Notes under the pieces: generated by a model | Databases searched by the model: none | What the model was told of the DNA's origin: nothing | The model's input: only the letters and a program-made list of their open reading frames with translations | Origin: Candidatus Latescibacterota bacterium | GTDB taxonomy: Bacteria > Latescibacterota > UBA2968 > GCA-2709665 | NCBI GenBank assembly: GCA_963667175.2 | Contig: CAXXXF010000015.1 | Location: 352,001 to 416,000, forward strand | Length of the DNA: 64,000 nt | Reading direction: 5' to 3' | Translations under genes and position numbers: made by a program | Shown: positions 1-8,197 of the stretch, in pieces | Layout of the letters: every line of letters begins with the position of its first letter | Numbering within the stretch: the stretch's first letter is position 1

Positions 1-425
1 GAAAACGGCACGTGTCGCCGGATCAGGTAGTTCTCGTGGCAGCCGAACGTGGCGCCGGTAAAATGGTCGATATTGTTCTTGAGGAACGAAGCCTCTTTCG
101 CAAGCCCCAGGGAGCGAAGCGAACGCTGCAGAATCCGTTCTCCCGCGCGGTCGGAGGCGACCAGATCGAACAGGCTCTTGCATTCGGGCGTGGTATATTC
201 GATATGCCCCATGTCGATATAGACCCTGCCGGAATTGAACAAAAAACCGCCGTTTCCCGGCGGTTCGTCCCGGCCCCGATAGTGGATATCGACAATCCCC
301 TTGCGCTCGGTGTGGAAGATGTGGTCCTTTACCTTCACCGCAATGGCATCCGGGCTGACGAATCCCTCGTGCTCCGGCGCCATGCACCCGTATTCGGTTT
401 CCAGACCGAAAATGCGACGTTCCAT
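1..425 (-). CDS. pafA: Pup/UBact-protein ligase PafA, 5' part (runs off the window)
   Basis: Not in the ORF track. Reverse-strand translation from ATG at 425 gives MERRIFGLETEYG...EPPGNGGFLFNSGRVYIDMGHIEYTTPEC...TFGCHENYLIRR, typical PafA/Dop family motifs. It lies directly downstream of prcA. Confidence 0.9.
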   Translation of the reverse strand, partial: MERRIFGLETEYGCMAPEHEGFVSPDAIAVKVKDHIFHTERKGIVDIHYRGRDEPPGNGGFLFNSGRVYIDMGHIEYTTPECKSLFDLVASDRAGERILQRSLRSLGLAKEASFLKNNIDHFTGATFGCHENYLIRRHVPF

Positions 426-454
426 TGCGGGTCCTTAGAGATTCAAACACCGGA

Positions 455-545
455 GTTTACAGGCATGGACAGGACGAAGAAGCGTGAGAAGACGAGGAAA
501 CGAGAAAAGCGCGAGAAAACGAGGAAACGAGAAAACGAGAAAGTG
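455..545. repeat. Short-period purine-rich repeat (GAGAAAACGAG/GGACAGGACGAAG type)
   Basis: Iterated GAGAAAA(C/G)GAG units, related to the spacer repeats at 25.8-27.7 kb. Confidence 0.6.
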
Positions 546-624
546 AGTAACGGAAGTAAATCGATTCACCGTGGGCCGGTACGGATACGCGGGATCACGT
601 CAAGATTGCAGGGTCAGCCGCGTC

Positions 625-1404
625 TCAGCGATACGGCTTGATCACGGGTTGTATTTCTCGATTGCCAAGAACGCGGCACCGGCGTTTGTCCGCGCCCGAC
701 CGGTCGAAAACCACGGCCTCAACCGCGGCCGACTCCAACGCGGTCTTCAGGATCGCCTGCAGGTCCGCCTCGCCGGCCAGCCGTTCCAACTCGGACGGCT
801 CCTGCGGGACTTCGTCCAGGGTTCCCACGAACCGCCCGGCCGCCCAGGCCTCCAGCGCGGCCTTCAACGCGTTCCGCAGGTTGAAGCGCCCGGTCTCCGG
901 CAAGTAGCTCCGCATCAGCCCGTCCGCTTCCGGAATCTCGCCCACAACGCCGCGGCCTTCGTACTTCTGAAACGCGCCGTCGTAGTCCACGGTATAAAAG
1001 ACAGCGCCTTTTTCCGATCCATCGAGTTCCAGCATCAGGACCCGCACGATGTACGGCGACCGGAACACCTCGTCGAACGCCGTTTTGACCGCCGGGCCCA
1101 GGCCGAAGTGCACGATCTGCTGCAGGTTCACGTCCTGCTCGGAGTAATTGAACCCGATCACCGACGCCAGGTCCACGGCGGACTGACGCAGCTTCTCGAC
1201 GTCGGCCGGATGTCCGAGCGCGGCCATGCCGATGCGGTCGTACACCTCGAAGACCTTCTGCTGGCCCTGACCCAGCGTGAGGAGCAGCGCGCCGTCGCGG
1301 TAGGCCAGGCCCACGACCGGGCTGCCGCCCCGGAGCTGGTCTTCGATGTATTCGCGCCGGTTGGCGACCGCCTCGGCCCATCGATAGGGTTCGTCCAGCA
1401 TCAT
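625..1404 (-). CDS. prcA: 20S proteasome alpha subunit
   Basis: EPYRW...RREYIEDQLRGGSPVVG, QKVFEVYDRIG and GHPAD motifs; overlaps the prcB stop. Confidence 0.9.
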   Translation of the reverse strand: MMLDEPYRWAEAVANRREYIEDQLRGGSPVVGLAYRDGALLLTLGQGQQKVFEVYDRIGMAALGHPADVEKLRQSAVDLASVIGFNYSEQDVNLQQIVHFGLGPAVKTAFDEVFRSPYIVRVLMLELDGSEKGAVFYTVDYDGAFQKYEGRGVVGEIPEADGLMRSYLPETGRFNLRNALKAALEAWAAGRFVGTLDEVPQEPSELERLAGEADLQAILKTALESAAVEAVVFDRSGADKRRCRVLGNREIQPVIKPYR

Positions 1405-2219
1405 CCCTCAGCGTCTCCCGTTCCGTCCGCCCGGGCGATGTGCCGCTCGTGGGAGGCCCGCAGCTCCTCCTCGGTCACGGTGCGCAATCCATCCGCCGAG
1501 ATGGTTTTCACGGTGGGCGCCACCCCGGCGTCCCGCTCGTACCTTCCCGTGGCCGCGTCGTATTCCGCGGCCGTATGCAGCAGGCGCAACGCCATCCCGA
1601 GGCTCTCGCTCCGGCCCAGCTCGGCAAACGGACGTTCGCCCCACTGGTTGTTGTAGTACATCGCGCCCCGGATGGCGGCCGCGCCCGATCCGGTGGTGGA
1701 AAAATCGGCGCTTTCGAACTGCGCGCCCAGTACGTCGTAGAAGAAGATCTTCCCGCGGCTATCCAGCCGATCGTACGTGGCGAATATGGGGATCACCGGC
1801 CCGATGCCCTGCATGGCCATCGGCAGATTGTCGCGTATCAGAAGGGAGAGACGCCGCAGTTTGGCCGCCAGGCTCATTTCCTGCAACTGCCGGCGCCGGT
1901 GATATTGAAAGGTGTGCTCGAGGATGCGGGCGATTTCGTACGCCATGGCAGGCGATCCGGAGATGGCCATCACCGAGAACGCGTCGATATCGATCACCTT
2001 ATCGGCGCGGTCGTAAAGCACGGTGTGGCCGGCGGTCGCCCGGCGGTCGCCGGCGATGAGGACGCCATCCCGGTAGCGAAGGGCCAGGATGGTCGTGCCC
2101 TCGGTGGGCTGAAACGGAAGGGACGCCGCGCCGCCCTGTGCGCTTTCCCTCAGGTCGGCGCCGGGCAGCCGGTATCCTTCGGCTTTCAACAGATCCAGAA
2201 AATCCCCACCCGCACGCAT
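1401..2219 (-). CDS. prcB: 20S proteasome beta subunit with propeptide
   Basis: EG|TTILALRYRDGVLIAGDRRATAG autocleavage site with catalytic Thr, and TGSG motif. Start moved to ATG 2219 so it does not overlap ubact. Confidence 0.93.
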   Translation of the reverse strand: MRAGGDFLDLLKAEGYRLPGADLRESAQGGAASLPFQPTEGTTILALRYRDGVLIAGDRRATAGHTVLYDRADKVIDIDAFSVMAISGSPAMAYEIARILEHTFQYHRRRQLQEMSLAAKLRRLSLLIRDNLPMAMQGIGPVIPIFATYDRLDSRGKIFFYDVLGAQFESADFSTTGSGAAAIRGAMYYNNQWGERPFAELGRSESLGMALRLLHTAAEYDAATGRYERDAGVAPTVKTISADGLRTVTEEELRASHERHIARADGTGDAEG

Positions 2220-2223
2220 CGGC

Positions 2224-2421
2224 TTACTCGCCCGTGCGCTGGCGGTAGCGTCGCGCCTGATTCGGGTCCACGCGGCGCATTCGGCGCAGCAGGTCGCGGG
2301 TATCGGGGCGGTCAACGTCCGGTCGGGACGGTCCGTCGTTCCCGTCGTTCGGTCCCTCGTCGGGGGGCCCTGGCCGTCGGGTTCGCCGTTCCAAACTGGC
2401 AAGGTCTCTCTTCATAGTCAT
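2224..2421 (-). CDS. ubact: Ubiquitin-like protein UBact
   Basis: 65 aa, low-complexity N-terminus, C-terminus LLRRMRRVDPNQARRYRQRTGE matching the UBact R(T/S)G(E/Q) end rather than Pup GG(E/Q). Sits between dop and prcB. Confidence 0.93.
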   Translation of the reverse strand: MTMKRDLASLERRTRRPGPPDEGPNDGNDGPSRPDVDRPDTRDLLRRMRRVDPNQARRYRQRTGE

Positions 2422-3986
2422 CTCCTCCTGGTGTCCTGTCCCGGCCCGGTTGCGCGACCCGCGGTCAGGCCTAGCAGCCCGTTCAGGAATTCCTCCAGTT
2501 CATCCGAGCGGTCCAACGCTCTATTATAATACGCGACCTTCTCTCCATCAACCAGATCCTTCATATCCACGGCACGCTGTTTCCCGTTCCTTGAAAACAC
2601 GATCCGGTCCCAGTTGACCGACTTGACGTCGTTCCCGAATTTCTCCAGGCATCGCCCGCGGAAATACGCCCGCGTGTCCGCCGGCGGAACGGACATCGCC
2701 TCCACGATCCGCTCGTCGTCGACGAGCCGTACCATCTTTCCCTGTTCTTCCAGCAGAAAGTAGAGCCCGGTCTCCCGGTCCACGTTGTGGTACTCCAGAT
2801 CCTGGCTCTGAAGCCAGGCCAGATCGTTCGGATTGTCCCAGGAAAGTCCTTCCGCCTCGCGAAAACAGTCCAGCAGCCACTTCTTGCTCACCCAGTCGCA
2901 GGCGCCCACCATCGACATGGGATCCCGTTCGAGGCCGTCCAGAGTCTCCTCCCAGGCGTTCAGCACCCAGAGCGTTTCCACGTCTCCGTCTCCGAAACGG
3001 TCTCGCGCCCGCGTCAGGTACATCCGCTGGACCTCGACGGCCGGAACCAGCCGGTTGGTCTTGCGATCCAGCTCCACCATCCACTGGTAGCTCTGGTCGC
3101 GCGACACGTCCTTCAGCGCGTCGATCGGATCCTTCAATTCCACGTCGGGAAGATCATCCTCTTCAACCAGTCCCACCACCAGGGCCGCGGCGCCGACTTT
3201 CAGGGCCGTGACGGTTTCCGACATGTTCGAGTCGCCGAGGATCACGTGGAGCCTGCGGTAGCGGCGGGGGTTGGCGTGAGGCTCGTCCCGCGTGTTGATG
3301 AGCGGCCGCTTGTGCATGGTGTCCACGCTGGCGATCACCTCGAAGAATTCGGACCGCTGCGAGAGCTGATAGACGGCCGCCCTGTCGCCACGCTCCACGC
3401 CCACCTTGCCGGCGCCCGCGTAAATCTGCCGCGTGACGAGAAACGGCAGCAGGCCCTTCACGATTCGCGCGAAAGGGGTCCCGCGGTCCATCAGGTAGTT
3501 CTCGTGGCACCCGTAGCTGTGACCTTCGAAGTCGGTGTTGTTCTTGTAGATCCGGACCGCGCCCTCGCCAAGCATCTCCGTCCGCCGTCGGGCGCAGAGG
3601 TCCACGATCCGCTCGCCGGCGCGGTCCTGCGCCACCAGGTCGAAGAGGCTGAGGCACTCGCCCGTGGCGTATTCCGGATGGGTATGGTCGTTGTAGAAGC
3701 GGGCGCCGTTGCGAATGATCAGATCGCTTTTCAATTCCTCGAGCGGCACCTTTCGCTGACGGTCTTTCTGAAGGTGCGCCTTCTCGTCGGTATCGTTCAG
3801 CAGGGAGCTCACTTCGAACCCCCGCACGTCCCTGCGGGGGTTCTCCAACTGATAGTCCCACAGGGGCGTGAAATCACCTCGGAGATAGCACCGGATCAAC
3901 TGCATCGACTCTTCCACCACGTCGGTCCTGCCCGCCCCGTCGATGGTGATTCCGTACTCGGTTTCCAGGCCGAAGAGTCTATTCAT
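2418..3986 (-). CDS. dop: Depupylase/deamidase Dop (PafA2 family)
   Basis: MNRLFGLETEYG, NGARFYNDHTHPEY, SYGCHENYL, RDEPHA and RLHVILGDSNMSE motifs; located between arc and the modifier gene. Confidence 0.9.
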   Translation of the reverse strand: MNRLFGLETEYGITIDGAGRTDVVEESMQLIRCYLRGDFTPLWDYQLENPRRDVRGFEVSSLLNDTDEKAHLQKDRQRKVPLEELKSDLIIRNGARFYNDHTHPEYATGECLSLFDLVAQDRAGERIVDLCARRRTEMLGEGAVRIYKNNTDFEGHSYGCHENYLMDRGTPFARIVKGLLPFLVTRQIYAGAGKVGVERGDRAAVYQLSQRSEFFEVIASVDTMHKRPLINTRDEPHANPRRYRRLHVILGDSNMSETVTALKVGAAALVVGLVEEDDLPDVELKDPIDALKDVSRDQSYQWMVELDRKTNRLVPAVEVQRMYLTRARDRFGDGDVETLWVLNAWEETLDGLERDPMSMVGACDWVSKKWLLDCFREAEGLSWDNPNDLAWLQSQDLEYHNVDRETGLYFLLEEQGKMVRLVDDERIVEAMSVPPADTRAYFRGRCLEKFGNDVKSVNWDRIVFSRNGKQRAVDMKDLVDGEKVAYYNRALDRSDELEEFLNGLLGLTAGRATGPGQDTRRR

Positions 3987-4104
3987 GAACCCTTCTCGAA
4001 TCAAGATCCAGATGCGGAAGAAGCACGCCGATCAACGGATATACACACTCTGGAACTGCGTTCCGGGCGGTCTCAAACTTCACGTCTCTAATTTACTTTT
4101 TTTT

Positions 4105-4780
4105 CTTCGTCCTTTTTCTTATGCCGCGTAAGAAAAAGGACCAAAAAGAACCGCCGACCTACCCCCTATCCCCCTTCCCGGGGGGAAGGGGGAACTGTCA
4201 TCGCTTGTAGACGTCTCGCTCTGCTCCCCCTCTCCCCACGGGAGAGGGGGCCTGCCTGCCGGCAGGCAGGCCGGGGGGAGAGGTCTGCGTCTATCTGGTC
4301 CTGCCACGTGACGGTGCAGACGTCAACGGGTTTGGCTCTTGACTCAAGCTGACTGCTGATGGCTGACTGCTTTGGTTTTCTTTGTGTCTTCGTGTCTTTG
4401 TGTGAGCGGTTTTCGCTTTTGCTTCAACGGGAATTTGGGGAAAAGGAGATTTTGAAGTTGACGTTCGACTTTGATTCTAGCTGTCTGCTGGCATCTGGTT
4501 TGGTTTCCCTTTGTGTCTTCGTGTCTTTGTGTGAGCTGATCTTCGCTTGTGGCTGATAGCTGACTGCTTTGGTTTTCTTTGTGTCTTCGTGTCTTTGTGT
4601 GAGCGGTTTTCGCTTTTGCTTCAACGGGAATTTGGGGAAAAGGAGATTTTGAAGTTGACGTTCGACTTTGATTCTAGCTGTCTGCTGGCATCTGGTTTGG
4701 TTTCCCTTTGTGTCTTCGTGTCTTTGTGTGAGCTGATCTTCGCTTGTGGCTGATTGCTGACCGCTGATCGCTGCTCTTCA
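4105..4780. repeat. Composite repeat block including a 197-bp tandem duplication
   Basis: TCCTTTTTCTTA/TAAGAAAAAGGA hairpin, a REP-like hairpin doublet at ~4165-4285, and two near-identical units at ~4362-4557 and ~4559-4754. Confidence 0.9.
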
Positions 4781-4781
4781 A

Positions 4782-6503
4782 CTATATGATCCGATGGGCA
4801 CGCCGGTTCGGCTCCCGGCCGGGACGAATCGGTGACGCGCGGACGACGTTTTCCGGATCGTAATCGAGCAGTTTCAGCCAGTCTTCCGTGTTGTCGGTGG
4901 GCGGGAAGATCTCGTTCTCGGTATACTCGGTGTCGACCGCCTGGAGCAGGTCGTCCCCCGAGATGCCCTCCTCCCGTCCGGACGCGATGGACCGCCGGAT
5001 GGCCGTCTCCTTTGCCCGCCTCACAATCGACTCCATGATCGCCCCGCTGGCCAGATCCCCGCGCCGGAGGACGTCCTTTCGGCCGCTTCGCAGGGTCACT
5101 TCGAGAAACCGCGTATGGTCCCGCTTCGAAAAGATCTCTTCCGCCGTGCGCGCGACGAGCGACTCGACGGCCGCGGCGGAATCGCCCCCGTGTTGCGCCA
5201 GCGCTTTCCGGTCGATCGGCAGGTCGGGCGTCAGGTAGATCTTGAGGATATCGAGCGCGCCGTACCGGTCCGGTCGCTTCACCTTGATTTTCCGGTCGAT
5301 TCGGCCCGGCCGCAGAATGGCGGGATCGATCAGATCGGGGCGGTTGGACGCCAGAATGATCACCACGTCCTGGAGCGACTCGATGCCGTCCATTTCCGAA
5401 CAGAACATCGGCACCACGGTATTCGAAATGCTGTGCGACCGCATCGCCCGGCGGGTGCCGAGGACGGACTCCGCCTCGTCGATGAACACCACGGGCAGAT
5501 AGCCCTCGTTCCGCTTCTCCCGCGCCCGGGAGAAAATCTCGCGAATCTGGCGTTCGGACTCGCCCAGCCACATATTGAGGATTTCCGGCCCTTTGACGCT
5601 CATGAAACATTCCTTCAGGTTCAGACCGGCCTCCCGCCGGGCCTGCTTGACGAGGTTGTACGCGGTTGCCTTGCCGATCAGCGTCTTGCCGCAGCCCGGG
5701 GGGCCATACAACAGGAACCCCTTGGGGACGCTGTATTGGAACCTGGAGAACAGGTCCGGATGCAACGTGGGCATCTCGATCGTATCCTTAATCGCCTGGA
5801 TGGCCTCTTCCTGGCCGCCGATCTTTTCCCAGGGCAGATCCGGAATTTCTTCGAGGGTATAGTCCCCGGCCTCTTTTCCGGACATGCGTTCCAGCGCCAC
5901 CCGGAAGTTCGGGTCCACGCGGACCTCGTCGCCCGCCTTCAGGGACGCCTGCGCCAGGTCGCTCGATCGGGAAAGCACCGACGCCTGCCCGCCCGGTTCC
6001 TGGCCGACCCGCAGCCGGCCGTCTTCCAGCACGTCGGATATCTTCACCACCTGACCCGAGGATGAAACGCCCAGCTCGCCAACGATGGCGAACGCGTCGT
6101 TTACCAGCACCCTCGCGCCCACCTTCAGCGCTTCCTGGTCCAGCCGGGTATCGACGTTGGCGTAATATTCCGATCCGCCCACGCTGATGCAGGCCACGCC
6201 GTCGCGGGGACCCTCGAGGAGCGTGCCCACGCGGTTCGCTGGCGCCGTTACCTTCTCGAGCGCGGCCTCCATCTCCACGATGGTGCGCCTCGCCTCCTCG
6301 AACGTGATTTCGTCTTCCTGAAGCTGTCTGCGGAGATGGTAGAGCAGCGGGCGCCGTTTGTCCTTTTCGTCCATCGATATCAATATCTGGTCGATAATGG
6401 ACAGCGAGCGAAACGTGTGCTGCGTATCCACGTAGTCCTGCAGAAAGTCGTCCGGCGACTTTCGCTGTCGCTTTCCGTCGTCGGGGCGGTTAATGGCGCT
6501 CAC
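4782..6503 (-). CDS. arc: Proteasomal AAA+ ATPase ARC/Mpa
   Basis: N-terminal coiled coil, OB-like region, Walker A GPPGCGKT, VKGPEILNMWLGESE, Walker B FIDEAES, SRH ASNRPDLIDPAILRPGRID. Start uncertain (GTG 6503 or ATT 6494); the ORF extension beyond 6503 is repeat DNA. Confidence 0.92.
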   Translation of the reverse strand: MSAINRPDDGKRQRKSPDDFLQDYVDTQHTFRSLSIIDQILISMDEKDKRRPLLYHLRRQLQEDEITFEEARRTIVEMEAALEKVTAPANRVGTLLEGPRDGVACISVGGSEYYANVDTRLDQEALKVGARVLVNDAFAIVGELGVSSSGQVVKISDVLEDGRLRVGQEPGGQASVLSRSSDLAQASLKAGDEVRVDPNFRVALERMSGKEAGDYTLEEIPDLPWEKIGGQEEAIQAIKDTIEMPTLHPDLFSRFQYSVPKGFLLYGPPGCGKTLIGKATAYNLVKQARREAGLNLKECFMSVKGPEILNMWLGESERQIREIFSRAREKRNEGYLPVVFIDEAESVLGTRRAMRSHSISNTVVPMFCSEMDGIESLQDVVIILASNRPDLIDPAILRPGRIDRKIKVKRPDRYGALDILKIYLTPDLPIDRKALAQHGGDSAAAVESLVARTAEEIFSKRDHTRFLEVTLRSGRKDVLRRGDLASGAIMESIVRRAKETAIRRSIASGREEGISGDDLLQAVDTEYTENEIFPPTDNTEDWLKLLDYDPENVVRASPIRPGREPNRRAHRII

Positions 6504-6514
6504 CTCCGGGATCG

Positions 6515-6775
6515 AAGAAGGAAAAAGGAAGAAGGAAGAAGGGGTGGTCCTCGTGTGGTTTATCCATAGCATCCCGGCAGGGCGCCTGACGACGGACAAA
6601 CACCCGTCTGAACTGCGTCCCTATTGTATTCGTAGGGGCAACCCTTGTGGTTGCCCGCCTGACCGGTGTTACGGTTCTTACCCTTTGTTTTTCTTCGTGT
6701 CTTTGTGTCTCCGTGTGAACTGCTTTTCGCTCTTGACTCAAGCTGACCGCTGACGGCTGATCGCTGCTCTTTGCT
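6515..6775. repeat. Composite repeat block: ~90-nt dispersed element, GTAG-type REP hairpin, CTTCGTGTCT and GCTGA modules
   Basis: GTAG-GGGCAACC-CTTGT-GGTTGCCC at 6632-6656; the other modules recur throughout the window. Confidence 0.8.
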
Positions 6776-6783
6776 GCGTTTCG

Positions 6784-7686
6784 CTAATCATCCATCTCCC
6801 GCTTGAAGGTGAGCTTCATCTTGGCGCCGGCGTTCTCCACCTTGACGTTGCCCCTGATCACGGTGACGTCCATCTCTTTGAACGATACCTTGATTTCATG
6901 TCCGATTACGATTCCATGGCCCACGTCGATGGTCCATTTTCCCTTCCCTTCGCCCGTGCCCTCGACCATGATGGACACCGCGTTCGAAAATATCCAGCCG
7001 CGGTACCGCATCCGCCGGGTCTCGTCGATGAGGGCGACCCGGCGGCCCTTCTTCTTCGCCAGTCGCTTCAACACGTAAACGCTGTTGATTTCCACCGTGC
7101 CTGTATCCTGAAGCGCGGGGATGGGGATCTCGTGGCGGCGCGACCCGTTCCACGAATCTCCGGAACCGACCTCCCGTTCGGGCAGAACCGGATGAATCTC
7201 CGGCGCCCAGAGCTGATGCAGATCGCTGATCGCCGCTTCCCGGCGCACTTCGTAGGATTTGAATCCGGGCTTGAACCCGATCACGTCGCCCGCACCGGTT
7301 ACGTTCCACGTAAACGTCCGGTTGTTGAACATATCGAGCAGATACGGGAAGTTGTTCTCGCTGATCTGAACGCGGTCTTCCATAACCGTGCTCTCGGCGT
7401 CCTGAACCGTTGCCGTGACGGTTGCGGCTTCCGCTGAGACTGCGGTGACGGCTTCCCTGCTCTTCCATTTTCCGTAGGTCCGGACGTCGACGGTGCCGGA
7501 CGTCTTGTCATCGTCGATCAGGTCGGCGCGACCGCTGTAATATTCCAGCGTCCAGGAGTTCTTGTACAGATTCGACTGCCCCGACCTGTAGACGAAGTTG
7601 AGCGCCACCTTCTCGGCAAACGCGGATCCTCCCGGAACGAACGGAACAGTCAAAATGAACAGGCAAAGAAGACGATTCCGGCCCAT
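6784..7686 (-). CDS. Secreted hypothetical protein (beta-rich)
   Basis: GGAGGGAG RBS before ATG 7686; signal peptide MGRNRLLCLFILTVPFVPGGSAFA. Confidence 0.75.
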   Translation of the reverse strand: MGRNRLLCLFILTVPFVPGGSAFAEKVALNFVYRSGQSNLYKNSWTLEYYSGRADLIDDDKTSGTVDVRTYGKWKSREAVTAVSAEAATVTATVQDAESTVMEDRVQISENNFPYLLDMFNNRTFTWNVTGAGDVIGFKPGFKSYEVRREAAISDLHQLWAPEIHPVLPEREVGSGDSWNGSRRHEIPIPALQDTGTVEINSVYVLKRLAKKKGRRVALIDETRRMRYRGWIFSNAVSIMVEGTGEGKGKWTIDVGHGIVIGHEIKVSFKEMDVTVIRGNVKVENAGAKMKLTFKREMDD

Positions 7687-8197
7687 GGCTCCCTCCTGCT
7701 GTGATGGACTGCGATTCAATAACGGGGGACTCTGCCTGCGTCAGTCGAACCGGAAGAGGTTCCGATGCGAATCGGCGTCGTTGGTCACGCGAGGAATTAC
7801 GGTATCCCAACCAAAAAAAAGGCCCGTGATGAGCAAAGTAACATCGAAGTACCGTGAAGTCAAGTTGAGCACGGATGGCGGTGTGACGTCCGGGAGGTCC
7901 CCCGGGGCGCGCTGGAGACGTTGACGTCCGGCGGCATCGAGCCGGAAGTTTGTGGATCCCCTCATCCCGTGACGTGAATCTTCTCTTCAGTTCCGGAAAA
8001 GGGCTTGACATGGCCACGCGTATGGCCAATGTTTTAGCATACTACGGTCGGCAGGACGGTCCCTTGCGCCTTCAGGGCGGCGGCGACCCTGCCTGGATCG
8101 TCGGGACCCGTCGCATTGGGAATCGCGAGTCCGCGTCATCGCGGTAACGATGGCCGGTTCTTCGGCACAGCGCGTCACGAAAAGAGGGTGGCTGAAC

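Noticed and set aside
12-641. 209-aa plus-strand ORF
   Set aside because: Antisense to pafA, which has clear family motifs.
2224-2421. Calling the modifier Pup
   Set aside because: It ends in RTGE rather than GGE/GGQ and lacks the Pup FVxxYVQKGG motif.
7700-8190. Possible riboswitch or structured leader in the divergent intergenic region
   Set aside because: GC-rich stems are present, but I could not match any known family by eye; an Rfam search is needed.
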